NCBI GenBank assembly: GCA_017475555.1
Contig: JAFVFL010000044.1
Span: 684 to 32,683, forward strand
Source of the DNA: Ruminococcus sp.
GTDB lineage: Bacteria > Bacillota > Clostridia > Oscillospirales > Ruminococcaceae
DNA length: 32,000 bases
Direction of reading: 5' to 3'
Part shown: in pieces, positions 16,715 through 25,111 of the stretch
Layout of the letters: the number at the start of each line of letters is the position of its first letter
Numbering within the stretch: the stretch's first letter is position 1
The notes under the pieces: model-generated
The model's database searches: none
The model's input: the letters and a program-made list of their open reading frames with translations, nothing else
Told to the model about the DNA's origin: nothing
Made by a program: the position numbers and the translations under genes

Positions 16715-18415
16715 TTATGGCGTTTCAGGCTTACGGATATCATACATCGTATGTCCATGTGACAGCGTTTCTGAGATTCCTGCGAATCTAAGAATCTCAT
16801 TGACAGTCTCGATCTGAATATTGGACTTGAGCTCCTTGGGATAGGCACCTGTCTCATTGCAGGCGGCTTTCAGTGCTGTTTTGAGGATACTGAGTTCGTC
16901 GGCACCTCTTTTGCTTGCCTTGAAGTCCTCCCATGCGCTGCAGATGCGGGCATGGCAGTCGGAGGTCTTGTCGTAAGTAATGGACAGTGCCTCGATATGC
17001 GCAGTGTCCTTGCCGTACAATTGCAGGATGTGGCGGAGAAAGGTATGAGGATGTTCAGTCTCCTCCGCTCGGAGCTGCCCAATGAGGTCAAGCTGTCTGC
17101 GAAGCTCATCACGACCGATACGGTTCAGGACAGGCTTCTGGGTAATGGCATCGTAGTAGACATAGGGGTTCGGCTGCGGCAGGTACTGCATCGCAAAGTC
17201 AGGGTTGATTGCGGCTCTGTCGAACTCCTGGAGCTGCATATACAGCTGCCCTGCAATGCTGCCGAGGTGACTTGCAGTGTAGTCAGGGAGCAGGACAATG
17301 ACCTCACGGGGCCTCTTGCGGCTGACTCTTGCTCTGCCGATGACCTGTTGGAGGGTGATGGGGTCGAAGGTTTCGGCAACGATGACGGATAAGCTGTCAT
17401 CATGGAGGGACAGACCGTTCTCCGCGACCTTGGTCGTGACGAGGGCGGCAGTCTCAAATCTGCTGTGCTCGGTGATCTGGTGCAGCTCCGATTTTTTATC
17501 TTCATCGGAATAGATATGCTGGCTGTCTCCGAGCAGCTCCTGTAGCTCTCTGCCCTTCTGGATGTCGTTGATGTAGATGAGTGCCTTCTTTCCGTTCGCG
17601 GCTACGGCATTCAGATAGTCGAGGAACACCGTTCTGTTGTCGGGGTCATAGTTCTTGAATGTCAGGTAGTCCCAGTTTGGCTCCATCAGATAGGTGTGCT
17701 GGATGCGGGTATCATCCTGCACAGGCGTGAATCTCAGGTAGTCCGTGAGGTTATCTGCCGTCAGAGGATAGAGCGCCTTGCCCGATACCGATTCCAGCTC
17801 CCAGAGGGTCGGCAGGACGGCTTCGGGTGTGGCGGTCAGGTAGATGCGAACGGTGTTGTCAAGGTTGCTGTGCAGATAGCGGAGCATTTGCTGCGGATAG
17901 ACAGAGAAGGTCGCATCCTCTGCAAGGCAGTGGCATTCATCGAGGATGAGGACGAGCGCCTTTCCGTGATAGCGGTGACAATGCTTGACGAATTTCTGAT
18001 AGGTCATGACAGTCAGGTTTTCCATGACCGATATGCGACCTATCAGATCCGCAGGAATGTCAGCGGCGCCCGATTTGCGGAGCAGCTCCTGCTTGAGCTG
18101 GGTCTCACAGGCACTGCGGTTTGTCAGGAAAATGACCTGCTTGTGTTTGGCAAGGTCGAGAGCAATTCTCTCGACCGTCCAGGACTTGCCAGCACCTGTC
18201 GGACTGAATACGGCGATGGAGCTGCCCCAGTCCAGCTTGTCGGCATCCTCGGTGGTGAGGATGGCATTGAGGTACTGGTCATGCGCTCCGAGGGTGTAGC
18301 CCGTTGCCAGACTCATCCCCGCAATGAGCGGGGTGAGGTTGGCGGCGGTCAGCTCCTTAGCGGAGGTCTGGGCGGCGTGGTAGTTCATGCCGTCGGGGAT
18401 TACTAGTGGTGCCAT
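16715..18415 (-). CDS. Superfamily-2 DEAD/DEAH-type helicase
   Basis: The real start is ATG 18415 (MAPLVIPDG) with GGAAAGGAGAG upstream; the 48 codons before it overlap the previous gene. The motifs are I SPTGAGKS, II LILDECH, III LTATP and VI QVIGRARV. Confidence 0.8.
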   Translation of the reverse strand: MAPLVIPDGMNYHAAQTSAKELTAANLTPLIAGMSLATGYTLGAHDQYLNAILTTEDADKLDWGSSIAVFSPTGAGKSWTVERIALDLAKHKQVIFLTNRSACETQLKQELLRKSGAADIPADLIGRISVMENLTVMTYQKFVKHCHRYHGKALVLILDECHCLAEDATFSVYPQQMLRYLHSNLDNTVRIYLTATPEAVLPTLWELESVSGKALYPLTADNLTDYLRFTPVQDDTRIQHTYLMEPNWDYLTFKNYDPDNRTVFLDYLNAVAANGKKALIYINDIQKGRELQELLGDSQHIYSDEDKKSELHQITEHSRFETAALVTTKVAENGLSLHDDSLSVIVAETFDPITLQQVIGRARVSRKRPREVIVLLPDYTASHLGSIAGQLYMQLQEFDRAAINPDFAMQYLPQPNPYVYYDAITQKPVLNRIGRDELRRQLDLIGQLRAEETEHPHTFLRHILQLYGKDTAHIEALSITYDKTSDCHARICSAWEDFKASKRGADELSILKTALKAACNETGAYPKELKSNIQIETVNEILRFAGISETLSHGHTMYDIRKPETP

Positions 18416-18432
18416 AAAACATCTCTCCTTTC

Positions 18433-19821
18433 CTATGGCATCAGCAGCTTTACACCCGTAAAGCCGCGCAGGTTGTAGCTGCTTGTGTGTTGTCTCTTGC
18501 TTTGGATCCTGTCTTGGTTCACAAGGCGAAATGCCTGTGAAAAGCCTGTGGTGTCGCAAATACTCGTCTGGTAGTGTGCGGTAAATGCCTCGAACAGCTC
18601 CTGCGAGGTTGTGAATGCACTCTGATCTGTGAAGTCGCAGTAGGTCTGCGAAAAGTCACGGACAGCGTTGTATTCCGTATTGACAGGCGATGTGAGGATC
18701 GTCTGGAGCTGGTCAAAGCGGTCATGTCCCGTGAATTGGTAATTGTTTGCCTTCAGCCGCAGATAATAGCGGAATGCCTCGGTCGCAACGGCATCCTTCT
18801 CACGCAGAAGCTTTTGTAGGATCATCGGATCCTGCTGTTCCTTCGGGATGCTGTACGGATAGGGAATGGTAACGAGTCGGCGCACAAATGCCTGGTCTAC
18901 TGCAGCATACGCCATACCGATGTTATAATTGCTTGCGATGGCGATCTTACATTTGCAGGTGAATTGTACCATTTCCCGATTCTTCCGATCGGCGGTCATA
19001 TCATCAAAGCCCGATGCAGATTTCAGAAAACCGATGCTCTCGGAGCTCAGGTTCACGGCGCCCTCATCCGCAGAATACTCTAAGCGGCAGTGCTGGATGC
19101 GGTGACGCCCGAAACGGCTGGTCATCGTCTTGATCGGCATACTGTCTACGGCTCCAGGGAGGAAGGTGCGCAGGAAGGACAGCTCTGTTGACTTCCCGTT
19201 ATTACCTGTCTCACCAAAGAGCGAGAAGATAGCTTTTGCATGATAATCGGAGGAAAGGACATAGCCCCAAAACTCCCAGTGACGGGCGATCAGCTCGGGG
19301 TCGCCACCCGAGATGATCGCAAGAAATGCATCGGCTGTCGGATGATAGAGCTGCCTATCAGGCAGATAGTTGGCATTGACATAGATCGTAGCAAAATAAT
19401 CGGACGGTATCACCTGTAAGGGCATACCGTTACGATTGGAGATTAGTCCGTTTTTGAAAACGGTATAGTCTTCACTGTCGGGGCCGCAGGGACTCTCACG
19501 AACACGAATCAGCACGGATTCAAGGAGCTGTCTGCAATGATTGGGCTTCAGAATGATGTTCTCTGACAGTGCATACTGATAGGCCAGGTTGCAAAAGCTA
19601 TCCTCATCCAAGGGTCGGTAAACAATACCGTTTAGCATATGCATCACGCCGTCAAATTTGCGGAAAAGCTGCTTATCATAAACGAGTGTGTCGGCAGTAC
19701 GGATGATATACCAGTCGAGCTCCTCTTTTCCCAGAATGCGAAGTGTTTTCTCGCCCTGTGCAAAGGTCGTGCCGTTATCTGTTTCGGGAGCCGCTGGCGA
19801 TTTTTGTAGACTTGTATCCAT
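18433..19821 (-). CDS. P4-family primase C-terminal / D5-type SF3 helicase NTPase; no separate primase catalytic domain seen
   Basis: Start is ATG 19821 (MDTSLQK) with AAGGGAG 8 nt upstream. A D5_N-like region (VFKNGLISNRNG..FLAIISGGDPELIARHWEFWGYVL) is followed by Walker A FGETGNNGKST and a Walker B-like YSADEG. The gene ends in TAG. Confidence 0.8.
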   Translation of the reverse strand: MDTSLQKSPAAPETDNGTTFAQGEKTLRILGKEELDWYIIRTADTLVYDKQLFRKFDGVMHMLNGIVYRPLDEDSFCNLAYQYALSENIILKPNHCRQLLESVLIRVRESPCGPDSEDYTVFKNGLISNRNGMPLQVIPSDYFATIYVNANYLPDRQLYHPTADAFLAIISGGDPELIARHWEFWGYVLSSDYHAKAIFSLFGETGNNGKSTELSFLRTFLPGAVDSMPIKTMTSRFGRHRIQHCRLEYSADEGAVNLSSESIGFLKSASGFDDMTADRKNREMVQFTCKCKIAIASNYNIGMAYAAVDQAFVRRLVTIPYPYSIPKEQQDPMILQKLLREKDAVATEAFRYYLRLKANNYQFTGHDRFDQLQTILTSPVNTEYNAVRDFSQTYCDFTDQSAFTTSQELFEAFTAHYQTSICDTTGFSQAFRLVNQDRIQSKRQHTSSYNLRGFTGVKLLMP

Positions 19822-19843
19822 ATGGTCATCTCCCTTCATATCG

Positions 19844-19872
19844 GGAGGGCAGCTCTGCCTGAGCCGCCCTCC
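19844..19872 (-). terminator. GC-rich hairpin at the boundary between the AT-rich cassette and the primase-type gene
   Basis: Minus strand reads GGAGGGCGGCTC-aggca-GAGCTGCCCTCC. The 12-bp stem has one G.U pair and no clear T run. It begins 11 nt after the stop codon of the 182-aa gene. Confidence 0.45.
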
Positions 19873-19882
19873 GTGTTTGGGG

Positions 19883-20431
19883 TTAGTCTTCGGTGTAAAC
19901 GGGGATGTAAATCAGTTTGACTGAACGTACCTCTATCCAGCGTATATATTGTTCCCAGTAGTATTTCGATGAAGCGTATCGATAATCTCCACCCATCTCA
20001 TATGTGGTTGCTTTGGATGGAAACAAACGGTGATACTCACAGATCAAATTCTTGACTTCATCAGAAGTGTCTGGTTTATCCAATAAAAGATCAAGAATAT
20101 ATGGATCTAAAACCGTTCTTAGTGTTGCTTTGCATAATTTTCTGATTCTTCTAAAAATGATTCCACATTGTTTTGCGCGGTCTTCCTGTTCAACTCTCTC
20201 TGTAAGTGCGCGGTCAAGCTGTTCTAATTCTTCGGGACACTCTTCGAGCGTCCACTTAGAATAGATGCTAACCTTAAAGTAAGAGAGCATACCAGGCTTT
20301 CTGAGGTGGAATTTCAACTCTTCGCCCTTCTTACGAACGAGATAGCCGTCAATTCCATATTCGTTCAGTTTGCTGATCACCTTCTTGTCAGCTGTATTGA
20401 GCTTCTGCTTAGTTTTGTAACAAATGATCAT
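19883..20431 (-). CDS. Hypothetical protein, 182 aa, no recognisable domain
   Basis: ATG 20431 lies 9 nt after AGGAGG; the TTG at 20440 directly abuts the SD. The gene is AT-rich and encodes a Lys/Glu-rich protein (MIICYKTKQKLNTADKKVISKLNEYGIDGYLVRKKGEELKF). Confidence 0.6.
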   Translation of the reverse strand: MIICYKTKQKLNTADKKVISKLNEYGIDGYLVRKKGEELKFHLRKPGMLSYFKVSIYSKWTLEECPEELEQLDRALTERVEQEDRAKQCGIIFRRIRKLCKATLRTVLDPYILDLLLDKPDTSDEVKNLICEYHRLFPSKATTYEMGGDYRYASSKYYWEQYIRWIEVRSVKLIYIPVYTED

Positions 20432-20594
20432 AATAATCAACCTCCTTAGTAATTAAATCATTATTGGGTTAGACAATCTTTAGGACTGTCCATTACAAAG
20501 AGTTTTGTGATTATCGGAAACCCGATAATTCTAAACAAACTAAGGTTTATAGCTCATAAGCTCACCTCCTATTCGATTTTCAAGTTTCATGTGC

Positions 20595-20623
20595 TTGCCA
20601 TTATCAGCATTTTGTGTTATAAT
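20595..20623 (+). promoter_or_regulatory. Near-consensus sigma-A promoter with extended -10, driving the 640-aa gene
   Basis: TTGCCA (20595-20600), a 17-nt spacer, then TGT-TATAAT (-10 at 20618-20623). It leaves a leader of about 180 nt before ATG 20809. Confidence 0.65.
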
Positions 20624-20808
20624 GGACTTTAGGTTCTACTTATCGGAACCTCGTTTTGCAGGTCTTGTTTCTCTGCATCTTTATCATACCACTTTTTTGA
20701 AAATTTGGCGATTTGTAACGGGTTTGCAAAATTGATTTTTCAGTCTTAATTTTTTGAAAAAGCCTTTTTGGCTTGATTCTGCCATTTTGAACGGGAAGGG
20801 AGGAAGCT

Positions 20809-22731
20809 ATGGCTAAGAAAAAACAGGAAAATTCCAAACTTGATCTGTATCGACAGAAGATGAGTGAACTAATCAAGGGGATTTTCGGATACAAGCAGAT
20901 TGATTTTGAGCCTAGGGGAGAGGATACTCCTAAATCAGTGACGATCAAGCTAAGACATAATGATTTGGTTCATTCATTTAGCCAAACAAGAATCCATCAA
21001 AGAAATTTTCGCATTCTGTTTCAGTACACATTTTCTCCACCTGATGGAACAACAGTTGATTTTTGTATTGGCAATCCCAATCTGAAAACTATTGAATATT
21101 CACGACAGGAATATATTCATACGATTCTTATAAACGCAATTCGCTTCTGTGTTGATGAGGAAACGCAGGAGAGTATTTTAAAAAACTATACGTTGCCGCT
21201 CAATAAATATGATGTTACCACACGTTCCATTCTTGATGTCATGGCAAACTATGATTCGATAAATGGTACACCTGTAATTTGTACGGCGGAACAAGTGAAG
21301 GCGTGTCAGGATAAGTTTGGCAATCAAACCCTACCTGCGGATCAGGCAGAAAGTGGTGCAACGCATCATTTTACGGATGAGGAAATCTTTCACGATCATC
21401 CTGAAGCAGAAGAAAGTTATCTTGGGTTAATCGGCAGAGCATTGGTAGACAGAATGCTCCCACTGTTTTTTGATGAAACTTTATCAGATGAGGCTTTTCA
21501 AAAACAGTATACAGAGGTGCTTTCAGACCTTAGTGAGCAGATAAAGGAAAAGCTTATTGAAGATGCAGAACGGATAGCGGTTGAACGCAAGCATAGGGCA
21601 GAGAGCATCAAGAAAATAATTCTTGTCGATCCTGCATATCAGTTTGACCGACCTGATATGCAGGTGCTGTATACCCCAGAGCAGGCTCCTGTTCTGACGG
21701 ATTGGCACGTTCCTGTTCAGCAATATATGAAGTATTGCAAACCAGAAATCAGGCAGGAGGATGTTAAAACATTTCTTTCCTGTTTTGCAAAGGGAAGACC
21801 ATATCCTTTTGCATTGGTTCATCCCGAAGCGCTTGAGCCTGTCATGGAAATGCCGATTTCCGACAGGGGCGTACCGTATCGGCAGGCGATGTTTGATGAC
21901 TTTCAGATAATCCACCTGACACAGGAGTATAACCCACAGTTTACACCATCCCTATTTGAGTACCTTGGTTCGCAGGATGAGTATATCCGTAAAGCAATCG
22001 AGAATATGAACGGTGAACAACTCGATACATACTGGAAATCTGTGTTTGCATCAGTTGAGGATCTTCTCTCCCGTGTATTCCGACATTCTGATGATTTTAC
22101 TGCACTTATTCAGGAAGTGCCACTTTCAAGAAAGGAATATCCTTATCAGGAGGAATACTATCGAAAGCAGGGAAAGGGATATCAGGATTATCTTGCGGAA
22201 TATCTAGATCAAAAAATAGATGGACTTGAAAGCTGGATGGAAGCATTCCATCAGAAGCATCTGTTGGAGCTGGAGGAGAATACTTTTTCAGCTTTTTTGT
22301 CACAGGATCTGATTTATCAACACTACGTTCTTGGGTGGGATGGATTGGCTGAACCGTACAGGGATATGCTTGGTGAAGACTATCTTGCAGGTGATGGAAT
22401 AAAGCAGCTTGCTTATATATGCATTCCACTGATTGGAGAACTTGCATTAGAATTAGAAGAAAATGCTGCCAGTATTGCAGAGGCTGCCAAGGCAAGAATG
22501 TCAGTCAACCAGTTTCAGCATCATCTGTATCTTGTCAAAAAGTATCTGACTGATGTAGGGTTGGATAAAGCAATTCAGCAATGGAACGAGACCTATCAAA
22601 CAGCCAGGAGACGTGGTACAAACTCCATTCATGATTTTCGTGGGCTGCTGTATTATGCACAGCAGAATGGAAATTTGTTCCAAAACTTGAAAGATGCACT
22701 GGAATCTTATGTCGGATATCTTGAAGCATAA
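20809..22731 (+). CDS. Hypothetical protein, 640 aa, acidic, predicted mostly helical, no recognisable domain
   Basis: ATG 20809 with GGGAAGGGAGG upstream. The long open frame lies in an AT-rich block. I could find no NTP-binding, nuclease, HTH or transmembrane motifs by eye. Confidence 0.75.
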   Translation: MAKKKQENSKLDLYRQKMSELIKGIFGYKQIDFEPRGEDTPKSVTIKLRHNDLVHSFSQTRIHQRNFRILFQYTFSPPDGTTVDFCIGNPNLKTIEYSRQEYIHTILINAIRFCVDEETQESILKNYTLPLNKYDVTTRSILDVMANYDSINGTPVICTAEQVKACQDKFGNQTLPADQAESGATHHFTDEEIFHDHPEAEESYLGLIGRALVDRMLPLFFDETLSDEAFQKQYTEVLSDLSEQIKEKLIEDAERIAVERKHRAESIKKIILVDPAYQFDRPDMQVLYTPEQAPVLTDWHVPVQQYMKYCKPEIRQEDVKTFLSCFAKGRPYPFALVHPEALEPVMEMPISDRGVPYRQAMFDDFQIIHLTQEYNPQFTPSLFEYLGSQDEYIRKAIENMNGEQLDTYWKSVFASVEDLLSRVFRHSDDFTALIQEVPLSRKEYPYQEEYYRKQGKGYQDYLAEYLDQKIDGLESWMEAFHQKHLLELEENTFSAFLSQDLIYQHYVLGWDGLAEPYRDMLGEDYLAGDGIKQLAYICIPLIGELALELEENAASIAEAAKARMSVNQFQHHLYLVKKYLTDVGLDKAIQQWNETYQTARRRGTNSIHDFRGLLYYAQQNGNLFQNLKDALESYVGYLEA

Positions 22732-22854
22732 GTTTCTTCTTAAATGGCCATATACCGCAAATTTGTTTTTACCCAAAAATAAATTTTCCCGTCCCTCTCT
22801 ATATAGGAAGAGACAAAAAATAATTTTGAAAGCAGCAGTAGGACAGAAAGCCAT

Positions 22855-22981
22855 TGTACCACGGTTCCACGTCTTAACGAGGTTCGGAGCTGTTTTTGCT
22901 GCAATCCAAAATATGTGCAAACCCTTCCAAGACGCGGAACCGTGGAACATCGCCCCTGACGGCTTTGAGACCGTCAGGGGC
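22855..22981. other. Two adjacent stem-loops between the convergent 640-aa gene and the amidotransferase gene (bidirectional terminator or boundary element)
   Basis: The first stem has 21-nt arms TGTACCACGGTTCCACGTCTT (22855-22875) and AAGACGCGGAACCGTGGAACA (22929-22949), with 2 mismatches and a 53-nt loop. The second is a perfect 10-bp hairpin, CCCCTGACGG-ctttgaga-CCGTCAGGGG (22953-22980). Confidence 0.5.
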
Positions 22982-22989
22982 ATTGTCAT

Positions 22990-23940
22990 TCATATCTCCC
23001 CGCACATCATCGCCTCATGGAACATGAGCGGGTCGAAGAGAAACTCCTCAATTTCGTCATAGGTATACCCCAGATCCAACAGACGGCGCACCTCACCCTC
23101 CGTCACGCCGAAGTAGCCGCAGATGTCAAGCAGCTGTAACACACTGTCCTCCTCGGAGGTGCAGCCAACCTCCTCCCATCCGCAAGAATCATACCTTGTC
23201 CATCTGTAGTGCGGGGTGTACAGCATCGGGCGGAAGGCATCACGGTCGATGCTGCCGTCGGGATGGATGCACAGCAGGTCGCCCTCCTCTGCGTCGATGA
23301 TCTCATAGTGCATCCAGCGGAGTGGGCTGCGTTTCAGTGCTGCGGTCATGATGTCGGGCGTGGAGCTGTACAGGTAGAGCCCCAGCTCGGGAAAATGAAT
23401 GAGATAGAGTGGGTTATCCCCCTTCACAAACCAGAGGTTGTTATCGGCATCCAGCACCGTGAAGGTGAAATTCCCGTTCACTGCCTCTGCCATATTGCGG
23501 AGTGAATCAAAATTCAGCCTGCGCTCTGCCTCGATAAGCTGCACCGCAATATAGCTGTCGGTCTCAATTTTGGTCGAAGGCAGATGCCGCTCACGGCGAA
23601 GGATACTGTCATTATACAGCACGCCATTGTGCGCCAGTGCGAACGCTTTGCCAGCTGTACCTCGGAAGGGATGGTTGTTGTAATTTTGCTTCTCGCTGCC
23701 CTGCGTGGTGAAGCGGGTATGCCCCATCACAGCGCTTGTCCCGTTCGGAATGCGCAGGCGCAGCTTGTGGGCGGGCTTTGGGCGCTTGTAGATGGTCAGC
23801 TGACCTCCCTGATTGTAGGCGATGCCGCAGGCGTGGCTCCCCCTGACCTCGGAGGCATTCGCCAGCGCCTGCAAGAGCTTTTGCAGAATCTTCACAGGGA
23901 GCTTGTGTCCGTAGTCCAGAAATCCAAAAAGTGCGCACAT
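22990..23940 (-). CDS. Class-II (Ntn-type) glutamine amidotransferase domain protein with a C-terminal extension
   Basis: Start is ATG 23940, giving MCALFGF with the catalytic Cys directly after the initiator Met. GAGGAGG lies 10 nt upstream. Other motifs are SHACGIAY, GHTRFTTQG, NNHPF and LAHNGVLYN. The ATG lies 1 nt after the amidoligase TAA. Confidence 0.85.
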   Translation of the reverse strand: MCALFGFLDYGHKLPVKILQKLLQALANASEVRGSHACGIAYNQGGQLTIYKRPKPAHKLRLRIPNGTSAVMGHTRFTTQGSEKQNYNNHPFRGTAGKAFALAHNGVLYNDSILRRERHLPSTKIETDSYIAVQLIEAERRLNFDSLRNMAEAVNGNFTFTVLDADNNLWFVKGDNPLYLIHFPELGLYLYSSTPDIMTAALKRSPLRWMHYEIIDAEEGDLLCIHPDGSIDRDAFRPMLYTPHYRWTRYDSCGWEEVGCTSEEDSVLQLLDICGYFGVTEGEVRRLLDLGYTYDEIEEFLFDPLMFHEAMMCGEI

Positions 23941-23941
23941 A

Positions 23942-25036
23942 TTACATTTCCTCCTCGTTTGTGATGGCTTCGTTGACATAGAGCCGCCGTTCCTTCATGT
24001 ATTGAATCAGCTCGGGCTCCGTGATGCGGCTGACGAATTCCGACCATGACAGTGCCTTCAGATCATACTCGCACAGGCTCATGGCAGTTTGGCAAATATG
24101 CTCCACAAGCTGCAAGGTCGCAAGGAGCGTGTTGAGCTTCAGCGTGCCGCGGAACAGTCTGAATTCGATGGTGGCGCGGTTGCAGAGATTGACAGCGACA
24201 TATCGGTTGTAATCCGATTTTGCCTTGTCATAGAGCTTTTTCGGGTCGTGCTCGTATCCTCTGCGGGCTGCCCAGCGGTTCATGTTGTATTCGGTGCGGC
24301 GGGAGAATTTCAGGAGCTCATTCCAATGCACCTCCACAAAGAACAGGATCTTGCTGATCGTGTCCTCCTGTTCGATTTCACTGTCGCCCAGACCGTCACG
24401 GCTGACATGAATATGCAGACCACAGGTGCCTGTCTGATGGCTGCGGTAGCCCATCTGGACAGCACGGTGCAGGATGTCTGCCCAGCAGAACTCGCTAAGA
24501 TGGTAGTCAAGGCTCATCGGATGTGTGACAATTTCAAAGCCGTCGTCAATACTTCCGTCCGACTTGATGTAGATGTGCTCGGAATTACGGTTGCCGATTT
24601 CGAGCAGCTCCTCAGCGTTGTCGTTGTCGTGACCGCCGTTGTCCACCTCCAGCTCGACACCGAGAAAACGCTTGCCCTGTCCGTACAGAATCGGGGTAGG
24701 CTTGTAGCTGTACTCACGAATGGCGCTGCTGTGCTTTTCGTAGCAGTTAAAGCAGAAATCATAGCCATCGGCATAGTACGAATCATCGTTATGCACGATT
24801 CTGTCACAGTCATAGCAGCGGGTGTAGTGGTCATCGTAGCAGTGCTGGCACAGAAAATGCTCGCTGTCGGATACGGCATTCTCGCTGTAGATGAAAGTCC
24901 CGCAGCGGTCACAGCTGCCGCACTCGTCCTCGTAGCAGCTTGGACATACAACATCATCCTCGACGAGATAATAATCATCGTCGTTCACCTCGCCCCCACA
25001 GCAAGCGCAAACGAGGTTCTCTCTGGTTTCGTCCAT
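23942..25036 (-). CDS. Amidoligase (glutamine-synthetase-like COOH-NH2 ligase, Pfam Amidoligase_2 type) with an N-terminal multi-zinc-ribbon module
   Basis: 364 aa with AAGGAGG upstream. The N-terminal ~100 aa carries seven CxxC pairs (CACC, CPSC, CGSC, CDRC, CQHC, CYDC, CFNC). The core motifs are FLGVELEVD, DGFEIVTHP, TCGLHIHVS and TIEFRLFRGT. Confidence 0.75.
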   Translation of the reverse strand: MDETRENLVCACCGGEVNDDDYYLVEDDVVCPSCYEDECGSCDRCGTFIYSENAVSDSEHFLCQHCYDDHYTRCYDCDRIVHNDDSYYADGYDFCFNCYEKHSSAIREYSYKPTPILYGQGKRFLGVELEVDNGGHDNDNAEELLEIGNRNSEHIYIKSDGSIDDGFEIVTHPMSLDYHLSEFCWADILHRAVQMGYRSHQTGTCGLHIHVSRDGLGDSEIEQEDTISKILFFVEVHWNELLKFSRRTEYNMNRWAARRGYEHDPKKLYDKAKSDYNRYVAVNLCNRATIEFRLFRGTLKLNTLLATLQLVEHICQTAMSLCEYDLKALSWSEFVSRITEPELIQYMKERRLYVNEAITNEEEM

Positions 25037-25059
25037 AATTGTTCCTCCTTTTGGACATG

Positions 25060-25091
25060 AAAAATGCCCCTGCCGTCATTGGCAGGGGCAT
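25060..25091 (-). terminator. Intrinsic terminator/attenuator inside the operon, between the DUF960-like gene and the amidoligase
   Basis: Minus strand reads ATGCCCCTGCC-aatgac-GGCAGGGGCAT followed by TTTT. The 11-bp stem is perfect. It lies 20 nt after the stop at 25112 and 24 nt before ATG 25036. Confidence 0.65.
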
Positions 25092-25111
25092 CGGTTTTGG
25101 TGGATATACGG

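Noticed and set aside
18416-18559. 48-codon N-terminal extension of the SF2 helicase ORF (16715..18559)
   Set aside because: It overlaps the 3' end of the D5-type gene. The internal ATG 18415 has a strong SD (GGAAAGGAGAG) and gives a sensible N-terminus.
22855-22949. Integron attC-like imperfect palindrome at the end of the AT-rich cassette
   Set aside because: The arms do not fit the RYYYAAC / GTTRRRY consensus. No IntI-type integrase or attI site is present.
24097-24106. 10-nt identity (TATGCTCCAC) with the tRNA-Ala 3' end (14705-14714), considered as a possible attR core
   Set aside because: The match is only 10 nt and lies inside the amidoligase coding sequence. It has no flanking arm-type repeats and is most likely chance.
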